Shown: positions 1 through 12,500 of the stretch, in pieces | Layout: each line of letters opens with the position of its first letter | Numbering within the stretch: the first letter of the stretch is position 1 | From: Sphaeroforma arctica JP610 | Taxonomy: Eukaryota | Length of the DNA stretch: 35,304 nucleotides | Direction: 5' to 3' | NCBI RefSeq assembly: GCF_001186125.1 | Contig: NW_014039903.1 | Span: forward strand, 17,403-52,706 | Position numbers and translations under genes: made by a program | Notes under the pieces: model-generated | Seen by the model: only the letters and a program-made list of their open reading frames with translations | Told to the model about the DNA's origin: nothing | Database searches by the model: none

Positions 1-22
1 ATATATATATGCGTGTGTATAC

Positions 23-3000
23 CTCCTGTCTGACAGTTTGATTTTAGACCGGGGTGGCGACTGTATATTCAAATACTGCATATACTGATCAACGGGCATC
101 AGATCCGGTACAAACAGGCCTGCAAAAATGGCATTGAGTAATTGATCAGAAGTCAGGATGGCGGTGTAGTGGTACCTAGGAAGCTTCGCACACAGAAAGT
201 TACCGAGATGGATAAAGACTAGGCTGAGATGTGAGTAAATAGACGCATTATGATATGATTGAGAAGAAAAAGCTATGAAGATGCAAGATACTTGGAAATA
301 GACCCTAATTGAGATACACGTTATAAATACGTGGGCAAAAAAAATGCATGTGCAATTGAAGACTATCGTCTGCGCCTGGGCTTGCCAGCTTTATATGATG
401 GTCTCTGGTATAGAAGTGGAAGCACAGATACATATGTGCGAAGCGGGCTCACACAACGAGGATTATATATACATGTGAAGTGAAAATTCTACGCCATCCG
501 CCAATACTTGATATGCCTGCTACTGCATTTTCACAGTCACGTGTCGATATCACAATCGATACTACGCCCAGGCTGTGCCACCATCCGACCTGCAAGTGCC
601 CTAGGCACTCGGCGTGTCCCGCAAATGCTGACATACATTATGGACACAGATAGCTCACGTCTAGTGGCTGAAGTATAGCATAATAACTAGCAGAAGTATA
701 ACAATCTGTAGAGAGATAATCTTCAGAATAAGTATAACATATTCTTGTAAGAGTGTGATCTTAGGAGTAGTATAACACGATCTTCGGTAAAAATTTACCA
801 TAATATCTAGGAAAAGTATACCATAATCTTGAAGAAGTACAACTACAACATAATCTCTAGGAAAAGTGTAACACGACCACATAGGGTGGTTGCGGGTACA
901 TGAATAGAGTAGTTGCAGAAAAGGTCAATTGCACGCAAAAGTACTCATCGACTCACCTTCTTCGTTGCATTGCCTCGTCAGCGAAGTCTCCCTGTCGCAT
1001 CAAGAGGTAGGTGGCAAGATATTAGGCACAGGCGCGCAGTGGGAAATCGGATTACATACACAGCCGAATTTAGCATAGTATCCAGGTTAACAAAACAACA
1101 GAGATTTCTAATCAACCAAGGCTTTGCTGTATCAGGGTTACACAAGTAGGAGACAAAGGTACCAAATATTCCGGTGAGCGGGCGATTTCCCGCCGGTGAG
1201 GAGTCATACACGACAATCCCAAAGAGCACCTCCGACACTCAATTGTGCACACCTGTATGCAGTCCACACACACCTTGCCACCCACGGGTGTTGCTTTATC
1301 TGGTCGATAGTTATCCTTTGCGCGGGATCGACAGTCAGTATGCCTTTCATGAGGTCTGTGGGACACATGAACGCAGATAGGACGAGTTAGTATAGAATGT
1401 ACAGTGCAGCGACTGGGCTAGTAATTAATTAGGCAGCATTCCACATACTGTGGAGTGGGGTAGTAGTAAGAGGTGGCAGTAGACGCCTGGCACTACAGAA
1501 CTGGCCAAAGTACTCAGTTGGATATGCGAAAGTCTCTTGCACAGGATCGAAGGAAACTGAAGACAGCGGACGCATGTGAGAACCGGCTCAGCGTGTGCTA
1601 CAAAGGAGAGGTGCCAGAACACCCCAGGCATTCAAATTGCTACTTGGTGTACAAGTATCCAGGTGTGATCCCAAATATGTTATTACACGACGAAAGCGGG
1701 TATGAGTGCACAAATGAAAATGCGACTACAAGCTATATATCACATAATCAATGAAAGAGACCTAGTTCAACATCCGCCGATCGGGTTGAAGTGCCTATAT
1801 CACTGGCGCAAATCGCAGACAGCTGACGCGATTGGCTATATTGCGATGTCTGTCATACCTCGTGCCGAGACACTCATGTTTGACCACGGGTATTGGTTCT
1901 CCATATTCACTGATCCCAGCCGCCAGTTGCGGAAATCAGAACACTGCTCCGACGGCTCGTCCCAGGGTAAACCTGTACACACCCAGTGCCAGTGTGAGCA
2001 TGGTGATTTGCAAGAGTGGTGTGTGTATTCAGGGAGGTACGCTGATGGTAAATTCTGGGAAGGAACTGTCAATGAACTATATAAAATACAATGTCGGCAT
2101 GGATACGGGGTGCAGGCACATCTGATCAATTGCAATTGTCCGGCATGAGAGCATACGATTGGCACTACGAGGGCGCCGCCTCTAGATAGAATGCGCACAA
2201 GTAACCACCCCGGAGCTTAATATACAGTGACCAGCCCCAAAAACCCGTCGCTGTAGCAAACCACACAGTCGTCGAACTAGCCCAGAAATCCCATAAGCCA
2301 GTGCAAAGCACGTAGATCATCAATGCACACAAGCACACATGACCAACTGATAATCCTAACGCAAATGTACACACAACACGCCAGGGTTAGCACGGATACG
2401 CCCTTTCTCTCCCTCGCGCGCGCACTAGTACTCGAGAACGTGATACAGGCTGTCGCACAGACATGGACTGACATAGAAGTGTATACATACATCCCGCCAG
2501 CAGTGTGATAAGCACCACGCCACACGACCAGATGTCGGCTGGCTGGGCCTTGTATTCCAGTTCGTTGTACACCTACGCATAAGAGTATAAGTGCGGACGT
2601 TATGTGGTGTATTTACAAACGGATGTCCCTTGATGAGTTGAATTAATTGCTAGTACTGCGGCCTAACGTAAACGTTCCGCAACAGAGAAGCAGCGAAGGT
2701 ATTCACCTTGTTCTTCCTGTTAAACTTTTCATGGTGCCCATCTACCATATTTGACGTGTATGGAATGTTCGTGATAGTAAAGTCGGTTGTATAAACAGAC
2801 AGACAATCATACAGATTAAGAACACCACGCCACTACCTAAATGTTGACCATACGCCCTACGCTACTGACCTTATATATAACACTGTCTAAGCAAAGAGGG
2901 CCACTTACCTCTGGTGCAATGTACGGAAACGTGCCGCATCGGCGCTGTAGGAGTCGTTCTTTCCCTTTGTTGCGGAAAACAGTCGACAAGCCAAAATCGG

Positions 3001-5527
3001 ATATCTTGAAATTATCTGATACGCACCGAAGAGGGCCAAAAAGAAATGCTAGATATGAGCGACTTGGCGCGGCAGTATAACTGCTATACTTACTGAGTGG
3101 TATATGATCAGAGAAGTGAGGCTGCGAGAGTCAGCTAATACGGGCTGTAAAAGAAATGGATTTGAAATGAACACATCAACCACCACATCTGCACCCGCGC
3201 GTTGAAGACTACCGAACAGTACACAACAAGGCGACGACAAGGCAACAATCCAGGGAACCCGTGATGAGGGAAAAGAAACAAGACATACTGTGATCGTCTA
3301 GCAGGATGTTCTCTGGTTTGATGTCTCTGTGCGCAACACCCATTGCGTGCAGGTACTCGACACTGGATATGAGCTGCTTGAAGTACACATGCGCCAGATC
3401 CTCATCCACACCGCAGTCCGGTTCTGCATACAATAAGAGTGATTGACAACCCAGTGTCATTAGACACCAACCGGATAACCGAAAGGTACTTGGCGCACAA
3501 ATGTAACAGTGGGCGAGCTATGAGCACCGTAGCACCAATCGATTGATACATCTTTGCGCATCGAGTATCTAATACCGTAAGCAGATACCAAAGAAAGAAT
3601 AGGAATAGGATGTGAAGTATAAGGGAAGGCGCCACGTTTGCCGGAACCACGCTACGGCAGTTGACATATAGACACCCACTATCACAGACAACACGGCAAT
3701 AATCAAATTGCCGTGCCAATGGACTGGGCAGCGACCAACATGTATATGTTGAAGGAAGCGGCAAACACCTTAAAAAGACACTTGTCAGCTACAAGCTAGT
3801 ACAGGATCAGGCATTATCGAGACCCAACGGCTCAGGTGATGTTTTGAAACAAAGGTGGACTTACCAATCTTGTCGAAAAGTTCACCGCCAGCCGCGTATT
3901 CTAACAGCAGATATATCTTGGACTCGATTTGCTTGTACGCGTGAAACTGAATAATGTGCTTGTGTTTCATATTCTTGTGTATACAGATCTGATTTGGAGA
4001 AGAATTAAGGGCAATGTGAAGTTTAGTACGGAGATATACAACAATCTTCTCATACGTCTTCTCGTGCTGTGCATTCAATCCAGCTCTGCTTGAGTGGCAT
4101 GTACTGGAAGTATTTCACACCCAATACATCGTATCCGGGGCACTACCAATCAGTCCCAACACACAACACCAAGTAGCTCTGGTACACACACCTCTTTCTT
4201 CACCATATCGAATATCTGTTGCGGCGTACCGGCCGTTGGGACAACCTCGGAAGGCTGCAGATTCTTGTGCCGAATATTGACCACCTTCACGGCATATTTA
4301 TCGCCGTTGCTGGTGATGCCCAGCTTGACCCTAGGGCAATGGGTGACACAGGCGGTCTATCAGCTTCGTATACAAACAGTATTGACATCTACGGGCTTTT
4401 CTGCATACATGCGGTGAACCTCAATAGTATCCGTAGAACAAAGTCTGAACTAAATAAGACTCCTACGGTATAATCGTATATATGTTGCCAGCTATGAATA
4501 ACGTTGCTACATCTGTGAGGAGGACGGCGACAATGCCACTCAACCCAAGCGTGGCAGTCGCGGATAAACATACACTACATCATAGCATATCGATACGGAT
4601 GACGGTCGCCAACATAGCATGCTGAATTAGAGGAGTCCACAGGTTTTATGTGTGTGACAGTAGAACACGACATTTCAACTGCAATCAGAATGATAATAGC
4701 CGAGGTGGGTCATTCGCCGTTCGCCACCACTGGTAATGTACATTGGGTGTGATACGAGCTTACCTTATTTAAAAAATACATTCTATTCACACCAAATATA
4801 TTAACATTCTTGGGGCACTTGGAATGGATACATGCAGAGCTAGAATTGATTTCAGGGTACGTGATCATCCGGAGGTGAGTGTGGAATAAAAATATAAATG
4901 TCATTTGGCGTACACGTATGAGCTCACTGAGATATAAACGAAAGAAATTCACTCTCGAAATCGTGATTCGCGAAGGAACCACCCACTCACTGTCCCTATA
5001 ACTTTAAATCTATCACACTCAGACAGATCACGTCGTCTTTATATCGAGCATTTTAAACTCTATATTTACAAGAAACAAGATGACATACGTACTAGGTACG
5101 TGCATACGATTCGACATATGGGGTACATATGAGGAATTTATATCAAGACAATACGCCCTGTTGTATGTAATGTTTTTGCGATAGGATGTACAAGCTTGTC
5201 GTAGTACAAATGTAATATAAGGATCGAATATGTACTGGTGAACAAGTTTGTACCGAGTGTGAGTATAGAGGGAGAAAATGAAAATAATTCATTAATTAAA
5301 AGTATACACATTTTTTCTTTATGTACCCACAAATGCATATATTAACATGATNNNNNNNNNNNNNNNNNNNNNNNNNNNNNNNNNNNNNNNNNNNNNNNNT
5401 GTTTTACTCACTTGGCGTACGTCCCTTCACCGAGTGTATCGAACAGTTCCAGTCCCTCAAACTGATTGTGGTTTGACGCAACTTTGCTTACAGGTTTGCT
5501 GACCTGCTTGGGGGTAGCGGTCATCAT
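23..5527 (-). CDS. CHK1: Serine/threonine checkpoint kinase Chk1 (3'-partial, 10 exons in window)
   Basis: Phase-consistent GT-AG exons: 5527-5412 (MMTATPK...LGEGTYAK), 4330-4192 (VKLG...YAVKVV...MVKKE), 3988-3865 (ICIHK...[13 protein letters not shown]), 3423-3289 (EPDCGV...[12 protein letters not shown]), 3015-2909 ([12 protein letters not shown]...[10 protein letters not shown]), 2572-2491 (DIWSCGVVL), 1972-1859 (LPWDEPS), 1355-1274 ([25 protein letters not shown]), 991-957, 119-23. GELFDKIEPDxG and LPWDxPS are Chk1-type signatures. The last two exons are less certain, and the C-terminal regulatory region lies beyond the window edge. Confidence 0.92.
661..880. repeat. Degenerate minisatellite (~20-30 bp units, core AAGTATAACAnnATCT) in a Chk1 intron
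   Basis: Recurrent units such as agaagtataacaatct, taagtataacatattct, tagtataacacgatct and aaagtataccataatct. Confidence 0.65.
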
Positions 5528-5984
5528 ATTGTCTGTCTGTAGTTTGACTTATACAGCCATATAATACTTCGACTTCGTTATTTTACTAGTAGTGCAAGTT
5601 GTGAATAGACTTGTGTCTCAGCATAAAGCTGAAAATATATGTTTTGGCTCTTTTTATATCCCGTCTAGCATGGAGGATAGCTCCTTTGTTGTATAAACTT
5701 GTGTAAGCAACCCCTTTCTATTTACTGATGCAGCAAGCGTTCAGTATAGTGTACCGGCACAAAACTGAAAAGAAATAGTGTACTTTTCTTCATATGATAT
5801 ATATTTTAGTAGAGACGCATCATATGCATCACATATATAACTTCGAGTTAAAAGTGGTTATTTTCTGATACAAGTGTATTTACATCCGCGTCTGCCCTGT
5901 GAACGCCTGAACCCTAAAGCCTTGAGCTAAACCCAACAATCATAGATGTCGATAACCGACAGTCGACCGGTGGCAATCGTGTCT

Positions 5985-6104
5985 TTTCCCGCCCAGATTG
6001 TATGTGTCCATATGTGGCACTTTGCGCGGTTCCGTGACTTTTGGTCGCTGTAGATTTGTCACACGTTAATTCGTCACGTGACAAAACAATTCAACATTTG
6101 GCGC
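5985..6104. promoter_or_regulatory. Candidate bidirectional promoter with two E2F-consensus sites and a palindromic E-box
   Basis: TTTCCCGC at 5985-5992, GTCACGTGAC at 6073-6082 and TTTGGCGC at 6097-6104, between divergent ATGs at 5527 (-) and 6509 (+). A likely 5'UTR intron of the plus-strand gene runs from donor gtatgt at 6190 to the acceptor ending at 6506. Confidence 0.55.
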
Positions 6105-6508
6105 AACGCTACCGAGTTCGCCCTTCCAATTTCCGTTAAAATCTCTTCAGGCTGACCACGGCTAGATCACTTCCCTGCCGCTTTGACAGGTATGTATGTA
6201 AGCATATTACAGAACAGCCTCTCCAGGTGACATCAATGTATTTTGCATGCAAGTGTAATATAAATATACGTATAAACAATAGATACATGAATAGATACAT
6301 GGATATCTACATACATACATACACGCGTATATGTATATAGATATATCTATCTAGTTTTCATCGACTGCAGCGCAATTCCTTACATCATAGCATATCATAT
6401 CATGTCAGGGCGAACACGTATGCTTGTTTTTGTCATGCATACGCAAGCGTAGATACACACAATCCTTTCTTATATACATTTTTAAGTAACGAATCTGTGA
6501 TGTTAGGC

Positions 6509-9500
6509 ATGCGAAACCAACCAAACCAACCCAGCAAACCCTCTGTGCGATTTCCTTCATCGCTTGTACCGTTGGAAAGCGATGACATTCCCATAGCACA
6601 CATCAAAGGCTTTGAAGGTGTGTCTGAGCTCAATGCTGAACTTATGTGCGGAAATGACGCAAAAGTGCTACCGGACGCAAGGGTAGGCCCTGCACTCAGA
6701 GCAGTATTGAGTTGCAAACCAAGGGATATCAGGAAGGCTGCCGAAGATCTTGCTCTGGATTGTGGTAAGTGCATTAGCTCGAGCATGATTGCGTGTAATT
6801 GTACTCTAGCACGTGCCGTGCCGTGCTTACTCGAGTACTTGCGTGTGAATTATTGCAGGCAGGCCGTGATATATATATAAGTATTGTACAAGAACTGAGA
6901 GATGTGTATATAAAGTAAGATAGCTGCGTAACGACAGGAGTCGAATCCAGACGTGCGCTTTTGAGTTTCATTACATATTGTTATGATAGACTTCAGGTGT
7001 TTGTACACACCTTAGATGCACTCACATTGTAGATCACTCACGATGATAGACTTCAGGTGTTTGCACACACCTTAGATGCACTCATATTGTAGATCACTCA
7101 CGCCAGTGTGGTCTCAAAGATCCTTGAACCTTTGCATTTCTCTTTGTACGCACACATTTGGATAGCAATACTACTGTTTCTTCCTAGGCTCATATCTGTA
7201 GTTTGTATATCACTTTTGTTGTTCACGGGGGTATGCTACATGCTTATCTTGAGCAATATGTCACAAATCGACGACAAAGTATGTGCGATAACTGTAGTGT
7301 CAACGCCCCGCCGCGCGTTGATGTCAAGATGCCGGACAATTAAAAAGAGGATTTATTATGGAAAATCTGACCGACGAGTGCAAAATGTTTGTTGTTTTTA
7401 CGCGGCCTAGTCCGTGCGTCTGTTTGATTTGCATGCCTTGCAATGTATGGTATTCTAGGATCTCAATGCCAATTCTTATTGATTATTACTTTGGTAGTAG
7501 CAACAACTTGATACTCTCTCGAGTGCATAACCTGGTCGAAGCGAACTTTTCGGGCGTGCACGTGACTTGAATTCGCCATTAATAGTCCACGTCAGTATGT
7601 ACATCTCTGCTGTGTGCACAAGCGCACGCAGTCCACAGGAATGTACTGTGTGGATAGGGTAACTCATAGGTCCCACGCTATGGTTACGCAACCATACACT
7701 CTCCACGCACACACAACAACTGCATACCTTTTTCTCACCACAGACCCTTGCTTAAAGCACGCATGGGCTCACAGATAGTGCATACAGACTCATGCCCATT
7801 GATCGTGCCTTTACTGTCTAACAGTTGCTGGATGTAACCTGTCGTCGCATCTCCTTGTGATTCTGAACTTCTTGCGAGAAGACGGCCGTAGAGTCCCACC
7901 ACACACCCAAGCGGGTGAGGGCGAGTTTCCAGTTGACAAGGTAAAGCAGATAGCTAAAAATAGCACACCCACCGGGGAAAGGGCTATAGAGTCACACTCA
8001 GCCTCGAGTGTGCATACTACGGCTGAGAAACTGTTTGATCAGTTCGCGCAGGATGTCATCTCGCGCGATCTCGCCATTCCGCTGGTGGACAGATGGCTGC
8101 AGCAACGCAAGGGAACTAAGGAGAAGCACAACACGCGCACCGCTGCGTATGCGCTGCTGGTGGCGCTCCTGGAGATAGACTATGTATGCCGTATTTACAT
8201 ACATGTTTGGGAAGTTTTCTCTCGTCGTGTGTGTGGGTGTGAGTGAGTGAGTATAGGTCTTCTATGTAAGAAGCGGTAGTCGTGCGCGACCTGGTCATTA
8301 GCTGGTGATCATATACACGCAGCTCGGGACGTACACGTGCGAGATGCTTAATACGCTTATGGGTTGTGTTTCTTCATCAAATTGATTGTATTATAGGTAC
8401 AAATCTGTTTGTGTGATTTATTCCTCTAGACTTAACTCCAATTGAATATTTGGGCGTGTGTTCTGGAACTGTATGTGTGGGCATATTTATCCGTCTGTAT
8501 ACGTATATTGGTATACGATTACTGATTTTCATAGGTTTATACTTCCTTAGGTCTGGTAGTTGGGAACAGGTACATTAAGCCATCGGCCAAGACAGGGGTG
8601 TCAACTAAAGTGTGGTTTGAAAAGAATTCGGCAGACGATTATAAGTACTGAGAGTGATACATCAATTCTCGACTCAACTATTACTACTAGCCTCGATTCA
8701 TTACTTATTATAATTCTTTCTCGCGTTTGCTCCCTATTTAATCCAGGCATCTCACACGTCTCACTCGATGGCCTCAACGGTCAAAGCACACCCCAGGAGT
8801 GCCAGCCTATCCTTCATGTGCAGTCTCACACGAACACTGCGTGCGGTGAAAACAGGTATGTTGGCTAATAACCGATTGTCCGTGTGAATGTGGAGCAGAC
8901 ACGAAAATGATGAATAGTGTATTGCGCAAAAGTTGCACAATACATACCGTTATGCTTTTGCACATACGCGTTAGAAGCAAATCTCATGCACCGTTGCGTA
9001 TACACACGGACAAGCCTGCAAGCATACACTCAATAGAGAATTTACTGCTACATTTGGGCTGTAGTGAAGTGCCCTGTAATTTAATCACAAGTTGACATTG
9101 GAATGCGATGTTACAATTTGTGCATTCGGAATTTTTGTATTGGCCAGTTGGTGAGCAAAATAAACCTGTGCGTGCGGAGGGTGGATTGCACCTTCTGCGA
9201 ATATATCGTTTTGTACTTTGTTTCTATCGCATGCACCATGCACATCGATGTTAATCATTTGTCAACGGTTTCCGCACTCGACTGCTATACGTTTGGGCGA
9301 TTGCGAACGAAATGGTGCACAACAACTAGTACCACATATGAAACCCACATCCTCTCTGAAGTGTTCTTTTCCTTACTGATGTGTTTGCCTCTGCATTGCA
9401 ACAGAGAGTGCCATGTGTATGCCTTGCTCCTGAAAGTGTTCCACTCTGAATTGTTGACACATCAAAACAGTCTTAATAACACACTTAACGCCCGCCCACA

Positions 9501-12500
9501 CTCGCGTCTTGTATTCACCGTACTATTCACAGGTGGTGTTGCTGAAGATGGCAGACTCTATCTGGGGATTCTGGAGATCTTCAGGCGCTTCGCTGAAGCA
9601 CGCAACGCCCACGCCCCGTTCACAATCCAAGGTTGTGCAGCCGACCAGAGTTCCCCACACATACCACGTACTGCGAAAGAAAGTTCGATACAAACACCTC
9701 AGAATAGAGAATTTAATCCGCGGCTAAGTAATAGTCAGCAAGGGCCATCCGTCAGTGTGGGCGTCTGCGATTCCGGTGCTCGCACAAGTACTGCACGACA
9801 GTATTACGGGGGATACATTCTCAGCGTGTGTGCAGAACAAGTGGTGTGCTGTGTGGTGCCTAGCGGTGGAAGTGAAGCACATAGTACGCCCTGCACTTGC
9901 ACCAAGCATAGGCGTTCTGGCGACAGGGGCGTATATTGTGTTTCTCACAAGGGGGGCGAAGATGGCAACGAAATAGACTCGGATTCCGATCGGTACTGTG
10001 GTGTGACAGAGAGACCTGGGACGAAGTGTGATAGCAAGTATTCGAGCAAGTTCACGCAAGGTCATGAAACTGAAAGGAGACGTGACAGGGACTCAACACA
10101 CGGAAGGACATGCAGAGATGGCCAGAGCACACAACAGAGAACGCCAACACGGGCCAATGGGAAGGCGGCGAAAGCTGCCTTAGCGGTGTGCCGTGCCGTA
10201 GCCGATTTTGAACTCAATAAGGTGCGTAAGTAGGTCTTTGATATGTGAGTTGTTTTGCGAGTATAGAGTATATTGGGTAAGGCAGTGGATATATGGATGG
10301 ATATCATTATTTGTCTTGATATATGCAAAAGGTGAGGGCTGTTGGGGCCCCGGTGCCGAGACACTTCTCTATAGTTTGCAACTGATCTCGTAACCTTGAG
10401 TATGGCTCTTGGTCTCTGATAAGGGGGTGCCTGTGTTGTGCAATATAATCCAATGTGAGTGATTTCAGGTACCTCTGTAAGTCTGGGCGCAGTCGGAGTG
10501 ATTTATTGTACGTCTTCAATTTTGACTATCGATTAAGTCATCGTGATGACACGTATGACCGTGTTGTATATTGGAGATGTAGACGATTAAAAGGTGACAT
10601 ATGTATCTGCTCTTCAAAATATTTGCGATGAAGTTTCGCCGCTGTCGTATTATCTATCAGATTGCCCACCGTTTGTTTGCGAGTGTACATTTGTGATTCC
10701 TATACGGGCCGCATGACAGTGGGTCAAAACTGGTTGCCTACGGCTGTTGTGGGTGTTTCACAGCATAGTGTAGCAGTTGCTGGGTGTGAACTGTCACCAA
10801 AGACTCTGAACAGTTAAAAGCCCTGCGGTTGCTAGTGAATGACCCCATGCAAGGTGCCAAGAATGACCCCATGCAAGGTGCCAAGAATGACCCCATGCAA
10901 GGTGCCAAGCACTGCGAACGCTAACGAGCCGTTTGGAAGCTCCTCCCCTTCTGTTATTGTGGCTACCACGTACAATTGAGTATCAGCCGAATTTTCAACT
11001 CAGACCAGAGGTGATCAGACTTAGTCAAGCTCAACCATTATCATAGGTCTATTACATCCACATTCCTTTCCTATGTATGTATTTTTCAGTGTTAACATCA
11101 AGTCTAGGCCTAACTGAATTTACCCCTTTCGGCCACATCCAATCATCCAGTACCTATGCCTCCCCACCGCTTCGCTATTCCTCGACGCGCTCAGTGACTG
11201 GGACTTCAAGCATATTCGTGTTCCTGAGATGGCTGTATCTGCAGCGCACCGCCGCTTGCCATCCCAGCTGATCAGATTCCTGATCAAAGACGCGGCTCGG
11301 TTACTAGGCGCACCTGCCGTACACAGCAAAAAGACTACCGAAACCAATGGTGGCGAATGTCTCAACCGTGCACAACTGGCCGGAGTGTTTAAATGGATAT
11401 GCAATGTGGTGGACACGCACTTGCTGACTCCCCATAGTGCCAAGGACGTTACGACATTGTTGAAGGCTCCTCTCGCTGCGATCGGGTGTGTCATCTGAAA
11501 ACTCTTGCTATACACTTGTGCAGATCTGAAGCTATTGTGGTCCGCGCGAGATCGTTCACTTATTGTGCAAAAATACGTATTCAACCCACACCTAACGTTG
11601 CGGGCTGTAGAGATACTGTCTCCTCAGTTGTAAATTGTGCGTGGTTAAAACCTTTTATCGGTAAACTTATTTTATCGCACTGAAAACAATACAGCAAGCA
11701 AACTTGCCCGATGGAGCTTTTCAGTAGTGCGTGGGAGTGTGGTTTGGCGCACGCCATGCACGGCCCAACTGTTCTTCCCTCCTTTGTCGATGAGATTATA
11801 GATCCGGACGCTCCCTCAGTGGTAAGTTATATTCCTCGTCGTTGTTTCCTATACTTGACACGTACTCAAAATAGCGCATAGCTACCAAAAGACAGTGCGA
11901 ATTGGAGCTTTTTGTATCAAGATTTTACACACAATACCATCTCTCAAATACAAATACTCCCCAAACTCCCCGGCACGACCACGATCAGCCAATGGACGAT
12001 GCAACGAGTCTCGCGCTCTTCCTTATTACCAAGGTGGTACCTAAATTAGGCTACGAAGCCGCCGCCAGCAGCTCTAGTATGTGTAAGTGCGACCTCACAT
12101 ACTACGGAGATGACAGCTGCACGAGTGACGCCTACGTTCAAGCATTCATTGTACGACTACTCGAGTTCTGCATGGAATATCGTACGTGCGTAGAGATGGA
12201 GCGTACTCGCAAACCCCGCACCAGTGAAAACACACACGGAGAAGCTTCCTCATTTGCTCCGTCGACAACCGGGACACAGGTTGAATGCCTATGGCTGGCA
12301 TATATGTACCGTCGAGAACTTGCTTTTATCTCTCGCGAGTGGACGCATCGCTTAGCCGCGCACATAGCTGGTGTGCTGCAGAAAGTTGACCCACTCACCC
12401 GTGTTACCTTTATAGGCCGTAGAGAGGCACTGGTTACAGCGACAGCGCAAAATGTACTGCTTGGGGCGGTTGAGCGCTGGTTGGTGTTCGGTGTATGCGA

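Noticed and set aside
9103..9532. N-terminal part of the 376-aa ORF as coding sequence
   Set aside because: It lies upstream of a good acceptor (ttcacAG at 9532) whose phase matches the preceding exon, so it is probably an open intron.
10837..10908. 24-bp repeats (and 29-bp repeats at 23907-24017) as CRISPR arrays
   Set aside because: Head-to-tail repeats without spacers, eukaryotic context, no cas genes.
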